Shown piece after piece: positions 11,279-21,930 of a stretch of DNA of 64,000 nt; position 1 is the first letter of the stretch; the number at the start of each line of letters is the position of its first letter. This DNA comes from Felis catus (taxonomy: Eukaryota), in contig NC_058368.1 of the NCBI RefSeq assembly GCF_018350175.1, positions 237,276,001-237,340,000 of the forward strand, read 5' to 3'. A program made the position numbers and the translations under genes. The notes under the pieces are model-generated. The model did not search any database and was not told the origin of the DNA. It saw only the letters and a program-made list of their open reading frames with translations.

Positions 11279-12604
11279 AAGTGTCTGATTCTTGATTTCG
11301 GCTCAGGTCACGATCGCCCTGTTCTTGGGATCGAGGCCCACATCGGGCTCTGTGCTGCTGACAGCATGGAGCCTGTTTGGGATCCTCTCTCTCTCTCTCC
11401 CTCTCTCTCTCTTTAAACTCAATAAATAAACATTAAAAAAAAAAGGATGAATAAAAATGCGCCTTCACACTAAATATCTGCGTGATGCTTTGTGCCAGGA
11501 ATCAAAGGCACCGTGATGACTGAGGCACCATTTCTGCACTCGAGAGCCCACAGCCAAAGGCGTGGTCAGGAGCACAGCAGCCTGCCGGAGGAGGCGCGCC
11601 GGGCGCTGGGGGTGTGAACAGGACGCAGAGGTGTTGGTGCGCGTGAAAGAAAGAGACGGGAGAGGAAAATAAGCAGGCACGAGGCTCCACCACCATCAGA
11701 GCAAAGGTTGGGGTGCGTTCCATTTCTGCGTTTGTAAGAATGCATTTAGGCAGCATCACAAAATAAGCAAGGGTAATACAAGCGATAGCTCTGGGGGAAA
11801 AAAGGTTTCAAATATTTTAACCGAATCCATACTTAAGGCTATTAAAACGTGTCACTGATGCGTGAAAAATACAAATGTTATTTCTTTACGCCATCCTTCA
11901 CCTCGCCGTGAATTCGTTTAAGTGCAATGACAAGGCAGCGCACATAAATATATATTTCGTATCCCTCTCCATAGGAGCGCGTGCGCGTGCGTGTGCGTGT
12001 GCGGGGAGGGTGTATCCACCGGGGTGTGAGAGATTGTCTAACCTGGTGACCCATTCCAGTCCCAAGGATTCCTGTGGAAACTGTGCCTGCCTGGTAATTA
12101 TTATTCCAACCCTATTAGCATAATGATAGCCTTCTTCCCTGGTGCTGCAGGTTTATCCACAATCTCCCAGAGGTCTTTAAGCTTGTTAATAATCATTACA
12201 GATAGCCAATGAAGTGAATCACGGCTAAAATGAACTCACCTGAACTAAAGAGATTAACCCTACTCAAGCCTGAAGTGCCCATAAGTATTCATCAACAGTC
12301 TCTTCCTATCAGCAAATAAAAAATAAAGAGGGTTGCAGGGAAATTACCTCGCGTGGGAACACATATTTTTGCTTCAGTGAGTGACTTCTTCCAAGTGGTT
12401 CCATCTTTAATTAACATCACCAGACACATTTGAGTCATTTTCGGCACGCGGTATTCCTACCGATGCGATGGGGTGTTTCCTGATGCCTCAGCATTTTCCA
12501 AGATGCCCAGAAATATCTGTCGGCCAATATGGCGCTACGTGAGACAGATACTCTAGCGATGGGTCATCTGAAGAAGACGACCTCTTAGGACACAGCAAAA
12601 TCGG

Positions 12605-12607
<3 letters not shown>

Positions 12608-12642
<35 letters not shown>
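12608..12642. repeat. (CT)n microsatellite
   Basis: Perfect dinucleotide run. Confidence 0.97.
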
Positions 12643-12645
<3 letters not shown>

Positions 12646-15558
12646 TCCTTCTATAATCCTGACTCAGGTTTCGGTGAGGCCCGACAAAGCTTGCTTCTGA
12701 TTCTTTCGCCCCTGGCCGGTTCTGCGACCCGACTGGCTCTTGGTCACTCTGAGCTCCCCAGCACGTGGAGGCGTTTAGACGTTGCTGCCCCTGAAGGCAG
12801 AGTGATGGGCAGGAAGTGTCTGCTCCCGGGTTCAGGAGCAGAGACGACTGGTGGGTCTACAATCGGTCCTGACAGCGTCCAAAGCACCGTCGCCTTCACC
12901 AGCGGGCCATCCTTCCTGGTTTGTTCGGCCCCTCCAGAATAAAACTTTCAGAATCTGTCCAAGTTTGATTCTATTCCTTATTCTTGAATTATGAAGAGCT
13001 CATCAGAGTATAATAAACACCCTTTCCAAAATTGTAGACAATTAATGGTATTGCGTTTATTAGAAAAGCAGTATAGGTTGGTACGGAAAATTGAGGTGAC
13101 GCGCACGAGGAAGAAGGGAGAGGGACAAAGACCAGGACGAGAAAAGGTGAGAGAAACTTGGCCCCAAATCTCTTGCCCCTCTGGGAAATCCATTTCATGT
13201 TCTGGCATCTACACTACAGTGTCTCCATCGTCCACGGACTCCCTTCCATACAAGCAGCTGCCAGCCGCACAGTGGGTCACAATCTGCCCCCCCCAGAAGT
13301 CCCTTAGGGGAAAGGAAGAGTCCGGTATGGGTATCCATCGTCCACGCCTCCGTGGGGGCCACGTCCAGAGTCTCTGCCGCGCCCAGACGCTCAATGCTCC
13401 TCTCCCCTCCACACTCAGGATGTGGCTCAGTCCAGGGAACCCACCGCGTTCCAGGCTTTCTTTGCACCCCACGTGGCCCAAAAGGGGGTGACCTGCAAGA
13501 TGGGCGTACCATCCGCTGCCCTGACCCCCCTCCCGCCCTTGGCGACGGTCAGCCAGAGCCGCCCCTCCCCACCACCATCCCCGTGCATGCTCCCATGTGC
13601 CCATCCGCTCTGGCGGGCCTCCCACCTTTGATGCCTCACCTGTCCCTCCGCTTTCGAGGCCTCCTGCGTCCCGTCCCTGTCCGTGACTTTGTGGCCCTGG
13701 CCCATTTGTTGCCAATCTACCAACACGGCTTCTGACTAGCCCCACACCTGTAGCGTTTTCATGATGATTTTGTAACGCGCTCCCCTGGCTCACCTTACAA
13801 AACAGAATCTCTTTGACCATGGAGATTCCTTTCTGGCCTGCGTCTCTGATTAACATGATCATTTAGGCTCCCATATCACTGAGTTGGTGGCTAATTGGGG
13901 ACAGATGTGTGGCTGGACCTGCGGTGTCTTTCTAAACCTTCCTTGTATCCTCTGACCTTTTAATAAGCTATCACATCACATGTTCAATCCACACCTCCTG
14001 GGTGTTGCTGATGGGTTTATGGTTTGCAGGTGTCCACTTGTGCAGGGATGACTGTGTCTTCTGTATTCTTCCTCCTTAGCTTATTTTAGGCTGTTTTTAT
14101 GGTGTGACGGGATCGTTTCGATTTCTGATCCCAGCTTCTACAAGGCCAGAGACTATCCAAGTGTGAGACCACCTGCCCGCAAGAGCCACCCCGCCCCCGC
14201 CCCCGCCCCCGGCCGTACTCAGGATATTCAGGTGGAACCCCAGTGGGCAGGTCTGTGCAGAGGCCCCGCCCACATGTAGAGGCTGTCCAGCGGGCCTATC
14301 TAAGGGCCCCCTTAGAGGGGCCCATCTAAGAAGCAGTCGTGATGCCCTGGGGAATGGTAAGATGCTCCAAGGTTTGGCCTAATTTCTCAAAACAAATAAC
14401 ACTTGCCATGTTCATCAGGCAAGGATGAGAGAAATGTAAAAACAGCCAGCCGGGCCATTGTTGTGATGGCCAGAGACCGTGCTTTCGAGCTTCCTTGGTG
14501 GAGAAAGGCAGATCAGGGGAGCCACAGACACCAGGAGGTGTGCACACACACGCGCACACACTGGGACCATCCTGATCCCCAGAATCCCGATTGCAAATGC
14601 TGTTTGAGTCTCTGTGATTCCACCGTACCAGCTGCACCATGATTAAAAGCCACCGTCTCGCTCAGCTCAGGCCACCACGCGAAACGTGCTTCTCGGTTTG
14701 CCGATGGCCACCTTCGTGCTGGGCCTGCTGCGTAGGCGCACAGTCCTTCATCGGAGGTCCCCTGACTGTCCTGGGCACAGCAGCCAGTGGGCCGGACCAG
14801 GGCACAGGCAGTCTGCTCCCTTGGGACCTGCTGGCCCCTCTCCGTCCAGCACACTGGGTCCGGCGGCTCCGTGGCCCACGAGGGACAGTCGCTGATTGTT
14901 ACAACTCAGTCTCATGCCTCAGCGTCCCTGTGTCTACAATTCTGCAGGGGTGAGTCTCTGCAGACGTCATGCGTGGCTTTGTCACGCGAGATGCTAGACG
15001 TTCACACTCACCCCGGCACGTTTTATACACACACCCCTTCGACAGGCGCCTTTCCCAAAATAACACGAACGGTGAACTGCTTCTTGGAGGACGTGCCCTA
15101 GTGAGACCCACAGCTTCCTTGGGAGAAAGTGTTCGACTTCTTTCTGTTTAAGGCTGAAATGCCATCTCTCTTAAACTTAACGAGTCTTGAGGCTTACATC
15201 TAAGATTCCCTAATACTCAAAAAAACTTTTCAAGGGTCTATTCCCATTTCCCTTAATAAATCGCCTCTTCTTGGGGTTAACAGTGTTGAACACCTGCGCA
15301 GGGCCCGGGGCGTGGCCCTGCCCTGCCTCACTCCCGGGGCTCCCGAAATAGCGTGTGTGCAGAGAGCAGGGAGCCTTGCCTTGGTGGCAGGTGCCACGGG
15401 GTGGGGGGAGGGCAGGACATTAACGCCCCTTCTGTCACGCACAGAAGCCGCCAAAGAAACCACCCGAACTCTCATCTAATCTGAGAACTTGGCTCCTTCC
15501 TGCAAATGATGTTTTGGGAACTTTTCTGATATTGAGAAAACATTAAAAAAGGGATTTT

Positions 15559-15789
15559 GGGGCGCCTGGGTGGCGCAGTCGGTTAAGCGTCTGACTTCAG
15601 CCAGGTCACGATCTCGCGGTCCGTGAGTTCGAGCCCCGCGTCGGGCTCTGGGCTGATGGCTTGGAGCCTGGAGCCTGTTTCCGATTCTGTGTCTCCCTCT
15701 CTCTCTGCCCCTCCCCCGTTCATGCTCTGTCTCTCTCTGTCCCAAAAATAAATAAAAAAACGTTGAAAAAAAAAATTAAAAAAAAAAAA
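15559..15789 (+). mobile_element. Young felid SINE (SINEC_Fc)
   Basis: GGGGCGCCTGGGTGGCGCAGTCGGTTAAGCGT…GGGCTGATGG…GTTTCCGATTCTGTG…CCCAAAAATAAATAAA with a long A-tail; most CpGs intact. Confidence 0.97.
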
Positions 15790-16329
15790 GGGAGAGTGGA
15801 CTTTTTAAAACATTAAAAAGGAGAGAGCAACTAATAGTTGCTGAAAGCCTTGTCTGCCCTGCATGTCCCTGCTCCCTTCCTGTCCCGGGCCAGTGGTTCT
15901 GGGCGGCTCACACCCAGAAGCACGTTGCCCGCTGGAAGCTGTCCCGCGAGGACGTGGAGGAGTCCAGGGGCGAAACCCCCAGAAGGAAAGGCCGGCGAGA
16001 GGGGAGGGGACCCCCGGCGCCCAGAGGCTGAGGTTCTGAGCAGGGAGGGGAGAGCACAGGAGTCAGGTTTAACCCCAAACATATTCCCTCTGTTCGACAT
16101 GTCCTCGCCGCTCCCCCCCCCCCCCCCAGGAGACTCCTGTTGAGAGAACATGCCAGAGCCGCCCTCCCGTCCGGGTTCTAACATCCAGAACACAATCCAG
16201 CTTCTTTTGCTTCGAGGTGTAGTTTACAGACCAGAGAATGTCCGGTTGGAGGCGCGTGGACAGCTGCGGCTGCCCTGTAACCGCAGCCCGGGGTGTGGGC
16301 AGAGGCTGTCCCCCCGGGGACAGCCCCCT

Positions 16330-16806
16330 CTCGCCCGTCTGGCCAGCACTGCTCCTGCCCCAACTCCTGCTCTCTGGCTTTCCTCACCGTGGGCTTGTTC
16401 TGCCAGGACGAGAGCACCGTCTATTCTGCGGGATGCTGGCTTCTGTCCCTCAGGGCGACACACAGTGGCGTCTCAGCAGCTGCTCTGTTGTTGTTGCGAA
16501 GCAGTGTCCCCTTGTGCGGATAAACCACGGTGTCCATTCCTCCCCCGTGACGAGTGCTGGTGGGCTCACTGCTCACTGGCTATGGCGATGAGCCTTGTGC
16601 GAACACTCTTAACGCAAGTTACCGCTGTTTCTCTCCAGTAAATGCCTCGGAGTGGAATTGCTGGGTCGTTGTATAGAGGTGCGTTTGCTCAAAAAGAAAA
16701 AAGGTTTTCCCAAAGGGCTGAACCAGTTTATACTCTTGATGGTGTTTCGTAGTGCTTGTTACCCCACATGGCACATCAGCATTTGACGTTAGAAGCTTAA
16801 GTTTCA
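16330..16806 (-). mobile_element. Old L1M fragment (ORF2 end/3' UTR)
   Basis: …AGTAAATGCCTCGGAGTGGAATTGCTGGGTCGT…TTTTCCCAAAGGGCTGAACCAGTTTATACTC…, typical reverse-strand L1 text. Confidence 0.7.
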
Positions 16807-17032
16807 GGGGGCGCCTGGGTGGCACAGGCGGTTAAGCCTCTGACTTCCACTCAGGTCCTGATCTTGGCGGTCCGTGGGTTCGAGCCCCACGTCGCGCTCT
16901 GTGCTCTCAGTTCAGAGCCTGGAGCCTGCTTTGGTTTCCGCGTCTCCCTCTCTCTCTGCCCCTCCTCCACTCATGCTCTGTCTCTCTCTGTCTCTCAAAA
17001 TATGAATAAATGTTAAAAAATAAAAAAAAAAA
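16807..17032 (+). mobile_element. Can-SINE (SINEC_Fc-type)
   Basis: Full head, (CT)n tract, A-tail; CTTAAGTT(T/C)CA duplicated on both sides. Confidence 0.95.
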
Positions 17033-17054
17033 CCCTTAAGTTCCAAAAATTGAA

Positions 17055-17212
17055 GTAGATACATAGGTGATAGGTATAGATAGATGAAGAGATTGAGGTA
17101 CTTACATCAATACATGCATGGATGATAGATGGCTAAATCGTGACGGATAGATGGATAGATAGACAGATAGGTGTAGCGAGATCGATGTGGAGAGATAGAT
17201 GATCGACAAATA
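17055..17212. repeat. Degenerate (TAGA/TGGA)n low-complexity repeat
   Basis: Repeated GATAGAT/GATGGAT units. Confidence 0.75.
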
Positions 17213-17477
17213 GACCCCAGGGGACCAGAGAAGAAGTATAAGCAGGACCGTGAGCAGGCAGTGAGGAACCCTGGGTCTAACCAACCATAGATTTTGCCAA
17301 TCCACTTCCACTCTTCCGAGTGCACGATCAGCCTTCCTCTAGACCTGCCATAATCACACCTGTCTGACCTGTCTCCGTTGGGACACTTCTCCCCCGTTTG
17401 CTCTTGCCTGGCAAATGTGGATGCATTTTGTTGAATCTCTGCTGATCCACAGTCTTCTGCGGTGGCATTTCCTGCCC

Positions 17478-17533
17478 CCTGGGACATGGCTGGACTTCCT
17501 GTCCCGCCTCCTGGGACATGGCTGGACTTCCTG
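17478..17533. repeat. Local duplication of the 24-mer CCTGGGACATGGCTGGACTTCCTG
   Basis: Exact copies at 17478-17501 and 17510-17533. Confidence 0.9.
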
Positions 17534-17719
17534 CCCTCTGCTTGCAGAGCACCTTGCACGGTCTCTCTGGGGCCAGGTGTTGGTGTCCCTGAGCCCCTGC
17601 GCTGAGGGTCCCCAGGCCAGAACGCTCTCTGTCCTGTCCAGCCCACCCCTCTCAGACCTCAGCAATGGAGACACTGCTGCTCCTGTAGTAATATAGTTAA
17701 AGTGAAGTCCCTTTCTTTT

Positions 17720-17865
17720 ATTCAACTCCTGTGTCTCTGTTTGCTCATCAGTAAATCCTGGAAAAATGCTCTCTCAATGCATCTCATAACGTTATAGATA
17801 TATTTAAATGAGGCGATTTATATGAAAGCATTATAAGAACTTGGGAACACTAATGATAAATAATA
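17720..17865 (+). mobile_element. MIR
   Basis: TGTGTCTCTGTTTGCTCATCAGTAAAT…TTAAATGAGGCGATTTATATGAAAGCATT resembles the MIR core and tail. Confidence 0.7.
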
Positions 17866-18801
17866 CTAATGAACACACTCAGAAGCAGAACCCATCATAT
17901 TTTTAGACATTTGCTGAGTCATTTCACCATTATTTTGCTGTGCGTATGAGTCCCGATTTCTCGCTGGGCTAAGTTCCCGTGTGGCTCCTGGGTTACGATT
18001 CTCCCAGGATCCTCTCCTCCGAGTCTGGTTCCATCTCTTCCGTCTGGACGCTCCTGTGAGCACCGTCTTGGGCCCTGCCTATCGCTCTGTGAACGTGAGC
18101 AACCAAGTCCCCTCCCAGTGCCACTGGTCTACAGTGATCCCCAAAGCGCATGGCCAGTGCCCACCCCCCAGCACCTACTCCAGAGTCCAGGAACCACGGG
18201 TCAGCTCTGCAGCAGCTGCTGCCTGGACTTGTTCTGGACGGAAAAGTCCCTGATGGTGGTGTTACTTCAGATTCTTTTCCAGTGAGTTACCCACTTCAGA
18301 CGAATACACTGCCTTCCCTTGGCTTAGAATGTTTCCCGTCTGCCTCCTTGTCCTCCAGCTGTGGCCTCAACTATCGCGAGGCTTTTCTGAGTGCAGCGAG
18401 TGGCCCATCCTTCACGCCCGCAGCACTGGGTGCCCCTGCATTATGGTGTCCCCATTTCTCACCTGCCCGGGCCTTGTGTGCCCATCTTGAGAACAAATGG
18501 CCGACACGTGGTCATCGCTCACATATAACAGGAAAAATGTGACCGAATTGGGACCTAGCTCCCCTTACTCTGAAAGTTTCATTGCCTGCAGTCTTGGAAG
18601 GGGGCTTCCTCCAGGGTCGCGAGAGGGTTCCGGAGCCCTGGGAAGCAGCGGATCTCCTGGAATGTGACTGTGGGCTCCTAGGAGCCACCAAACATGTTGT
18701 CTCCCAAGTCAAGTCCCCTGGGGGACGTCCAAGTGAAAGAACTGCGTGAGGACAAGTGACAGGTGACAGATGTGTGTCCTCAGGCTTCAGAGCAATAAAG
18801 A

Positions 18802-19008
18802 GGGGCGCCTGAGGGGCTCAGTCAGTTGGGCATCTGACTCTTGATTTCGGTTCGGGTCATGACCTCTCGGTTCATGAGTTCAAGCCCCACATCGGGCTCT
18901 GTGCTGACAGCTTGGGGTTCTCTCTCTCTGCCCCTCCCTTGCTCGTGTGCTCTCTCTCTCTCTTTCAAAGATAAAGGAATAAACTTTAAAAAAAAGTCTT
19001 AAAAAAAA
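18802..19008 (+). mobile_element. Can-SINE (older subfamily)
   Basis: Head GGGGCGCCTGAGGGGCTCAGTCAG, CTCTTGATTTCGG motif, A-tail; AATAAAGAG on both flanks. Confidence 0.92.
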
Positions 19009-19175
19009 GGAATAATAAAGAGAAACTCCTACCTCCGTCCCCACCGTGAGGTCAGAAAGCAATAACAGAAACTGTGTGTTAGCCCCTCCCCAGACGGTCG
19101 ATTTACACGCAGCGTGCCGTTCTTTTTTTCAAATTAGCGAGGCAAAATGCAGGCATTAGACACGCCCATCCCTTA

Positions 19176-19363
19176 TTTCTTTTAAGTGTATTGATTTATT
19201 CTTGGGGGAGGGGGCAGGGGCAGAGAGAGGGGGAGAACCCCAAGCAGGCTCCGCACCGTCAGCACAGAGCCCGACACGGGGCTTGAACTCACGCACTGCG
19301 AGATCCTGACCTGAGCCGCAATCAAGAGCTGGACACTTAACCCACTGAGCCACCCAGACACGC
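19176..19363 (-). mobile_element. Can-SINE (older subfamily)
   Basis: Reverse SINE body …GAGCCGCAATCAAGAGCTGGACACTTAACCCACTGAGCCACCCAG. Confidence 0.92.
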
Positions 19364-20292
19364 GACGCTCCCAACCTTTGGCTGAGTCTATTTCGGGGAG
19401 TCCCGCCGGCGGCCAGGAGCCCTGACCTCGACCATCTCTTCCGCTCTGGCAGAAGGGAGCTGTCCTCCAGCGATCTTTCTGGCAACTCTTCACCGCATTT
19501 AAATCGACATCCCGCTGTTTGAAAGCTCCTCACTCTCAGGCGGGCCTTCCGGTGTTTGCAGAGCCCCTGAGCCAGAACCAGTGTCCTGCCGAAACGGCAC
19601 CCGGTTCTTGCTTTTGAATGTTGTGGTTCCCCTGCGGGGAGCAGGGCCTTGGCCATATGTGGGCAATAAAAGCAGAAATGTTGATCCACGGCGCGGATGA
19701 AAGGGTGAAGAGCAGAACAGTCGTGAAACAGCAACCCTCACGCTGCACGAGCCGCCGCGAGGATCTTTTCTCCACGTTTCAAAACACATCCCACGGACAC
19801 GTTTCCCCACGTCGGGAGACAACATCAAAGCCGTCGACAAGTTTCTCCGCGGCTGCCGTACAAACAGCTTGAGCTTGGTGATAAAACCATGGGAACTCCG
19901 CTGAAGCTTTCATTATTTCCTAAATCTTTGTTTTATTACCTGGCCTCTGGTTAGCAAAACACTAAGCTGCCAAAAGTCTCTTTTCAGGGCACATAACAGC
20001 CTCCACTGTGGACAGACGGACGGCCGCACACTTTACTTCGACACAAACCTACGGAAGGGGAGGCCTTCACGCCAGAGGCACGACCCCGTCCCAGACGACC
20101 TCGCTTCCTCGGGCAGAGAACGTCCACGGACCCACGGTGCCTCTGCAGGGAAGGTGCAGGCTGGTGGAGGGCAGAGCCCACGCTTTCCCTTAGGGGGGCA
20201 CGAGCCGGGACCTCGGGCTGGACAGGGAAATCATGAAGCAAAGGTGCGTTGCGATCAGTGCCCAAGGTGTGTGCACACCTTTGCTTAGCCGC

Positions 20293-20991
20293 TGTGTGTC
20301 CCTGGGGTGCTCCAGACCCACACGTGTATGTGTATTCACATGCGTTTATATTTATGTGTTTATACGTATGGTGCATCTGCACATACCCGTATGCACGCAT
20401 ACACACATGGATATATGTATTTTTAATTTTTTTTTAATGTTTACTTTTGAGAGACAGAGAGAGACTGAGTGCGAGTGGGGGAGGGGCAGAGAGCGAGGGA
20501 GACACAGAATCCGAAGCGGGCTGCAGTCCCCGAGCCGTCGGCACAGAGCCCGACGCGGGGCTCGAACTCACGGACCTCGAGATCACGACCTGAGCCGAAG
20601 TCAGTTGCTTAACCGACTGAGCCACCCAGGCGCCCCTATGTATGTATATCTTTTATTGGAGATTTATTTCAAGGATTCACCTCTGCACTTGTGGGGTGTC
20701 ATGTCCAGAACCTGAGAACGGGCCAGCAGGAAGGACAGGCTGGAGACTCTTGAGGGGGGCTGATGCTACAGTCTTCAGGTAGAAGTTTTTCTTCCCCGGG
20801 GAAACCTCAGTTCTGCACTAAAGGTCTTGCGACTGGTTGGACGAGACCCACCCGCACCGTCAAGGCTCTCGGCTTTACTCCGAGTCCCCTGACTGTGGGT
20901 GTTAGTACCTCTTGAGTGGCTTTCCTGCCAGACCTGGCTTGGTGTCTGGTTGAATGAGCTTGGCCAAGATGATGCCCAAGGTGATCATTAC
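20293..20991 (-). mobile_element. MLT2D-like ERVL solo LTR, interrupted by a SINE
   Basis: …GATTTATTTCAAGGATT…GGGAAACCTCAGTTCTGCACTAAAGGTCTTGCGACTGGTTGGACGAGACCCACCC…GCCAAGATGA, as in recalled MLT2 reverse text. Confidence 0.75.
20420..20636 (-). mobile_element. Can-SINE (SINEC_Fc-type)
   Basis: Complete reverse SINE ending …CACCCAGGCGCCCC. Confidence 0.95.
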
Positions 20992-21799
20992 GGGAGGTAG
21001 TAAGTTGAGGGACACGGGAGTGTCTTCCTAATTGTCTGAAATTTGTGAAATGACCGTGGCCCCTGGGCCCAGCCTGGCAGGGAGGGAAGCCAAGGGCAGG
21101 TGTCCGGGATGGCCCACAGGGGCTCCACACGGGTGACAACTCTGGATCCTCTCCCGCCCCGGTGCTGGGTGGGTGCACCTCTCCAGTGGGGCTGGGTGCT
21201 CACAGCTGCAGGGGTAGCTGGCCGTGCACGGCCTGGGCCCAGGACGGAGGGACAGCGGGGAGGAGGGGAGGGCAGGGGCAACCCAAGGGCAGGAAGAAGC
21301 GATGGTGAGGCCAACCGAGAGGTCAGGGAGGAAGACAGAGCCTGAGAAACACAGCGGGTTTATTTCCACGCCGGAGCTCAGGCATCCACGGGGCGGAACC
21401 ACCCCCAAGGCCAAGCAGGAGACAGGACCTCCAGCAATAAAGCCACTGCCACAAAGGTGTCCCTGACGCCCGCCTCAAACCACACAGCTCTGGAAAGAGC
21501 AGTGCGGGGCCTGGGCACAGTGCTGGAGTGGTGGCCCGAGGGACGGATGGCGGCCCCAGGAAGGGACATCCGCCCTCATCAGTGACGGCTACCTGCGTGT
21601 CCTCTGTAAGAATTCATTCACCTTTCGGTTGTGTGCTTTTCTCTACAAAACTTCCAAGTTCAGGTCAAGAAAGAGCAGAGCACCGACCCTAAACTGGCCT
21701 CAAGGTCTCAGAATGTGCTTGAGTCGGAGGCGACGTTCTTGCAGCACAGACGCGGCCCGTGGAAAGATCGCCCAAGGAGCCACGTATTGTGGACACATC

Positions 21800-21930
21800 C
21801 CCACGTGACGCACACCAGGGACACAAGCATCTCCTCACCGAGAACTTAGAAACAGAGGGGCAGGAAGGATGAATGGTTTGTCCAGGTCCCCCCCGGGGCA
21901 GGTGGTGAGAGCTGGCAAGGTGGGCGGGTC
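21800..21930 (-). mobile_element. MIR fragment
   Basis: …AGAAACAGAGGGGCAGGAAGGATGAATGGTTTGTCCAGGTC…GTGGTGAGAGCTGG. Confidence 0.45.

Larger units (their letters stand above)
10800..11444 (+). mobile_element. Older Can-SINE, outer host, split by two nested SINEs
   Basis: Head at 10800-10840; body resumes at 11294 (GATTTCGGCTCAGGTCACGATC) and runs to the A-tail near 11444. Confidence 0.85.

Noticed and set aside
15559..15640. tRNA-like A/B boxes (TGGCGCAGTCGG, GAGTTCGAGCC)
   Set aside because: This is the tRNA-derived head of a SINE, followed by the SINE body, (CT)n tract and A-tail; it is not a tRNA gene.
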